A stretch of DNA of 6,377 bases from a virus (taxonomy: Duplodnaviria; Heunggongvirae; Uroviricota; Caudoviricetes), in the IMG/VR virus record IMGVR_UViG_2645727555_000011; one strand, written 5' to 3'. Under the pieces are notes generated by a model, which saw only the letters and a program-made list of their open reading frames with translations, searched no databases and had not been told where the DNA came from. Shown piece by piece: positions 6,044 to 6,377 of this stretch (the first letter of the stretch is position 1; every line of letters begins with the position of its first letter). A program made the translations under genes and the position numbers.

Positions 6044-6377
6044 TTTCCGCCTCCTGCATCCCGTCCCCGTTTGGCAGCCAGCGTCCAGCCAGATGCATGC
6101 GCATCCCCCGGTTTATCGGCGGTCATACTGTTGCAGTGCCACAGCGAGCCCCCCCACGTCACCGTATCGCCGGGGTGGTAGGTTTCACCGGCTCTGAACA
6201 CACCGCGGTAGAGCATCACCGGCAGGGAAAATGTTTTTTCCGTACGCTGGCCACTGCTGTGCCGGATCACCACAGAGAACAACCGCTCCCCCGTCATACT
6301 GACGTCAATATCCGCCACCCCGTCAACCAGGCATTCCCATCCCCGCATCCCGTGCGTTTTTTCATACGCCCGCCAGA
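6040..6377 (-). CDS. Hypothetical phage protein, at least 102 aa; frame stays open to the right window edge so the true start may lie outside. C-terminal half has a carbohydrate-binding-module-like motif
   Basis: Track ORF 6040..6348; I read the same frame open upstream of the ATG through 6375 with no stop. Stop overlaps the gp6-like start (ATGA), so it is co-translated with the neck genes. Motif YRGVFRAGETYHPGDTVTWGGSLWHCNSMTADKPGDAHASGWTL resembles the aromatic/Gly-Asp pattern of CBM5/12-type binding domains. Confidence 0.5.
   Translation of the reverse strand, partial: WRAYEKTHGMRGWECLVDGVADIDVSMTGERLFSVVIRHSSGQRTEKTFSLPVMLYRGVFRAGETYHPGDTVTWGGSLWHCNSMTADKPGDAHASGWTLAAKRGRDAGGGK

Noticed and set aside
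1-6377. CRISPR arrays, tRNA/rRNA genes, integrase/transposase, toxin-antitoxin or defence-system genes
   Set aside because: I saw no direct-repeat/spacer periodicity and no cloverleaf-like or rRNA-like segments. Every sizeable ORF is accounted for by phage neck/tail structural genes, with no intergenic space for cargo.
6040-6377. The rightmost ORF as the C-terminus of the major capsid protein
   Set aside because: The sequence is Gly/Trp/Asp-rich with a binding-module-like motif and does not resemble an HK97-fold capsid C-terminus. Without the upstream sequence this cannot be settled, so it is left as hypothetical.
1-6377. Interpretation as a gene transfer agent or tailocin (R/F-type pyocin-like) cluster rather than a prophage tail module
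   Set aside because: The cassette has head-tail connector and head-closure genes (not expected in tailocins), and a tape measure of over 1000 residues with a lambda-type C-terminus is typical of full temperate siphoviruses. The window alone cannot exclude a defective prophage.

Overview
The whole window is one compact, minus-strand neck and tail morphogenesis module of a siphovirus-type (HK97/SPP1/lambda-like) prophage; GC content looks enterobacterial by eye. Read right to left, the order is: small unknown ORF (open to the right window edge), gp6-like head-tail connector, head-tail adaptor/head-closure protein, HK97 gp10-like neck protein, DUF3168-like tail terminator, major tail tube protein with an in-frame C-terminal Ig-like domain, G/GT-like tail assembly chaperone pair joined by a -1 programmed frameshift, and a tape measure protein (TMP) that runs off the left edge. 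The TMP is the largest gene here (about 1017 codons in the window) and is missing from the supplied ORF track, apparently because its stop lies outside the window. I translated it by hand from the reverse complement. I found no tRNA, rRNA, CRISPR array, integrase, transposase, toxin or defence-like gene, and no room for an inserted cargo gene: intergenic gaps are only about 50, 66 and 10 bp. The plus-strand ORFs in the track are antisense shadows of the minus-strand genes. Despite the prompt's suggestion, I do not see an undescribed system here; the observations worth a second look are recoding, domain-architecture and small-RNA-structure details of an otherwise canonical tail module. All family assignments are from motif recognition by eye, with no database search run. 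One caveat: my hand count of homopolymer runs near 4557-4625 disagreed by 1 nt with the ORF track, so I anchored all coordinates to the track.
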